Source: Chiloscyllium plagiosum
Lineage: Eukaryota
DNA: 64,000 nt
Assembly (NCBI RefSeq): GCF_004010195.1
Contig: NC_057711.1
Span: forward strand, 72,443,175-72,507,174
Direction of reading: 5' to 3'
The stretch's first letter is position 1. Each line of letters starts with the position of its first letter. Under the pieces are notes generated by a model. The model worked only from the letters and a program-made list of their open reading frames with translations, was not told the origin of the DNA and made no database searches. A program made the position numbers and the translations under genes. Below, one piece after another: positions 63,869 through 64,000 of this stretch.

Positions 63869-63970
63869 AGATATTTTTAATCAACCTGTTCAGAGATATT
63901 ATTACACACCTCTGGGGTAAGAAGGACTGGTTCAAAAATAGGGACATTACCATTGTTCCACAAGACCCAT
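63869..63970 (-). mobile_element. Short tRNA-derived SINE with 13-bp target site duplication
   Basis: catgcagaattct at 63856-63868 and 63971-63983; the minus strand starts gggtcttgtggaacaatggtaatgtccct. Confidence 0.75.
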
Positions 63971-64000
63971 CATGCAGAATTCTCTATTTGCAGATACATT

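Overview
Eukaryotic, AT-rich, CpG-depleted vertebrate DNA. The repeat complement (HE1 V-SINEs, HER1/CR1 LINEs, Penelope-like elements) points to a cartilaginous fish, probably a shark (inferred from recalled repeat families, not from a search). The window is mostly transposon debris: CR1 LINEs of several ages, including a near full-length young copy with an intact SGNH-esterase ORF1 cut by a 500-N gap. It also holds Tx1, Rex1/Babar and L2 LINEs, two decayed Gypsy pol remnants, PIF/Harbinger remnants, several SINE families and two minisatellites. No complete host gene is visible, but there are one good and one weak candidate minus-strand exon plus several TE-poor, enhancer-like tracts. The most notable structure is (i) many short Penelope-derived inserts of at least three families carrying minimal hammerhead ribozyme motifs, several beginning just upstream of the ribozyme or folded back at it; (ii) a chimeric Penelope insertion carrying about 420 bp of unrecognised sequence; (iii) a 210-bp inverted repeat of a dead Tx1 segment whose arms share the same lesions. 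Element boundaries were read by eye and may be off by tens of bases.
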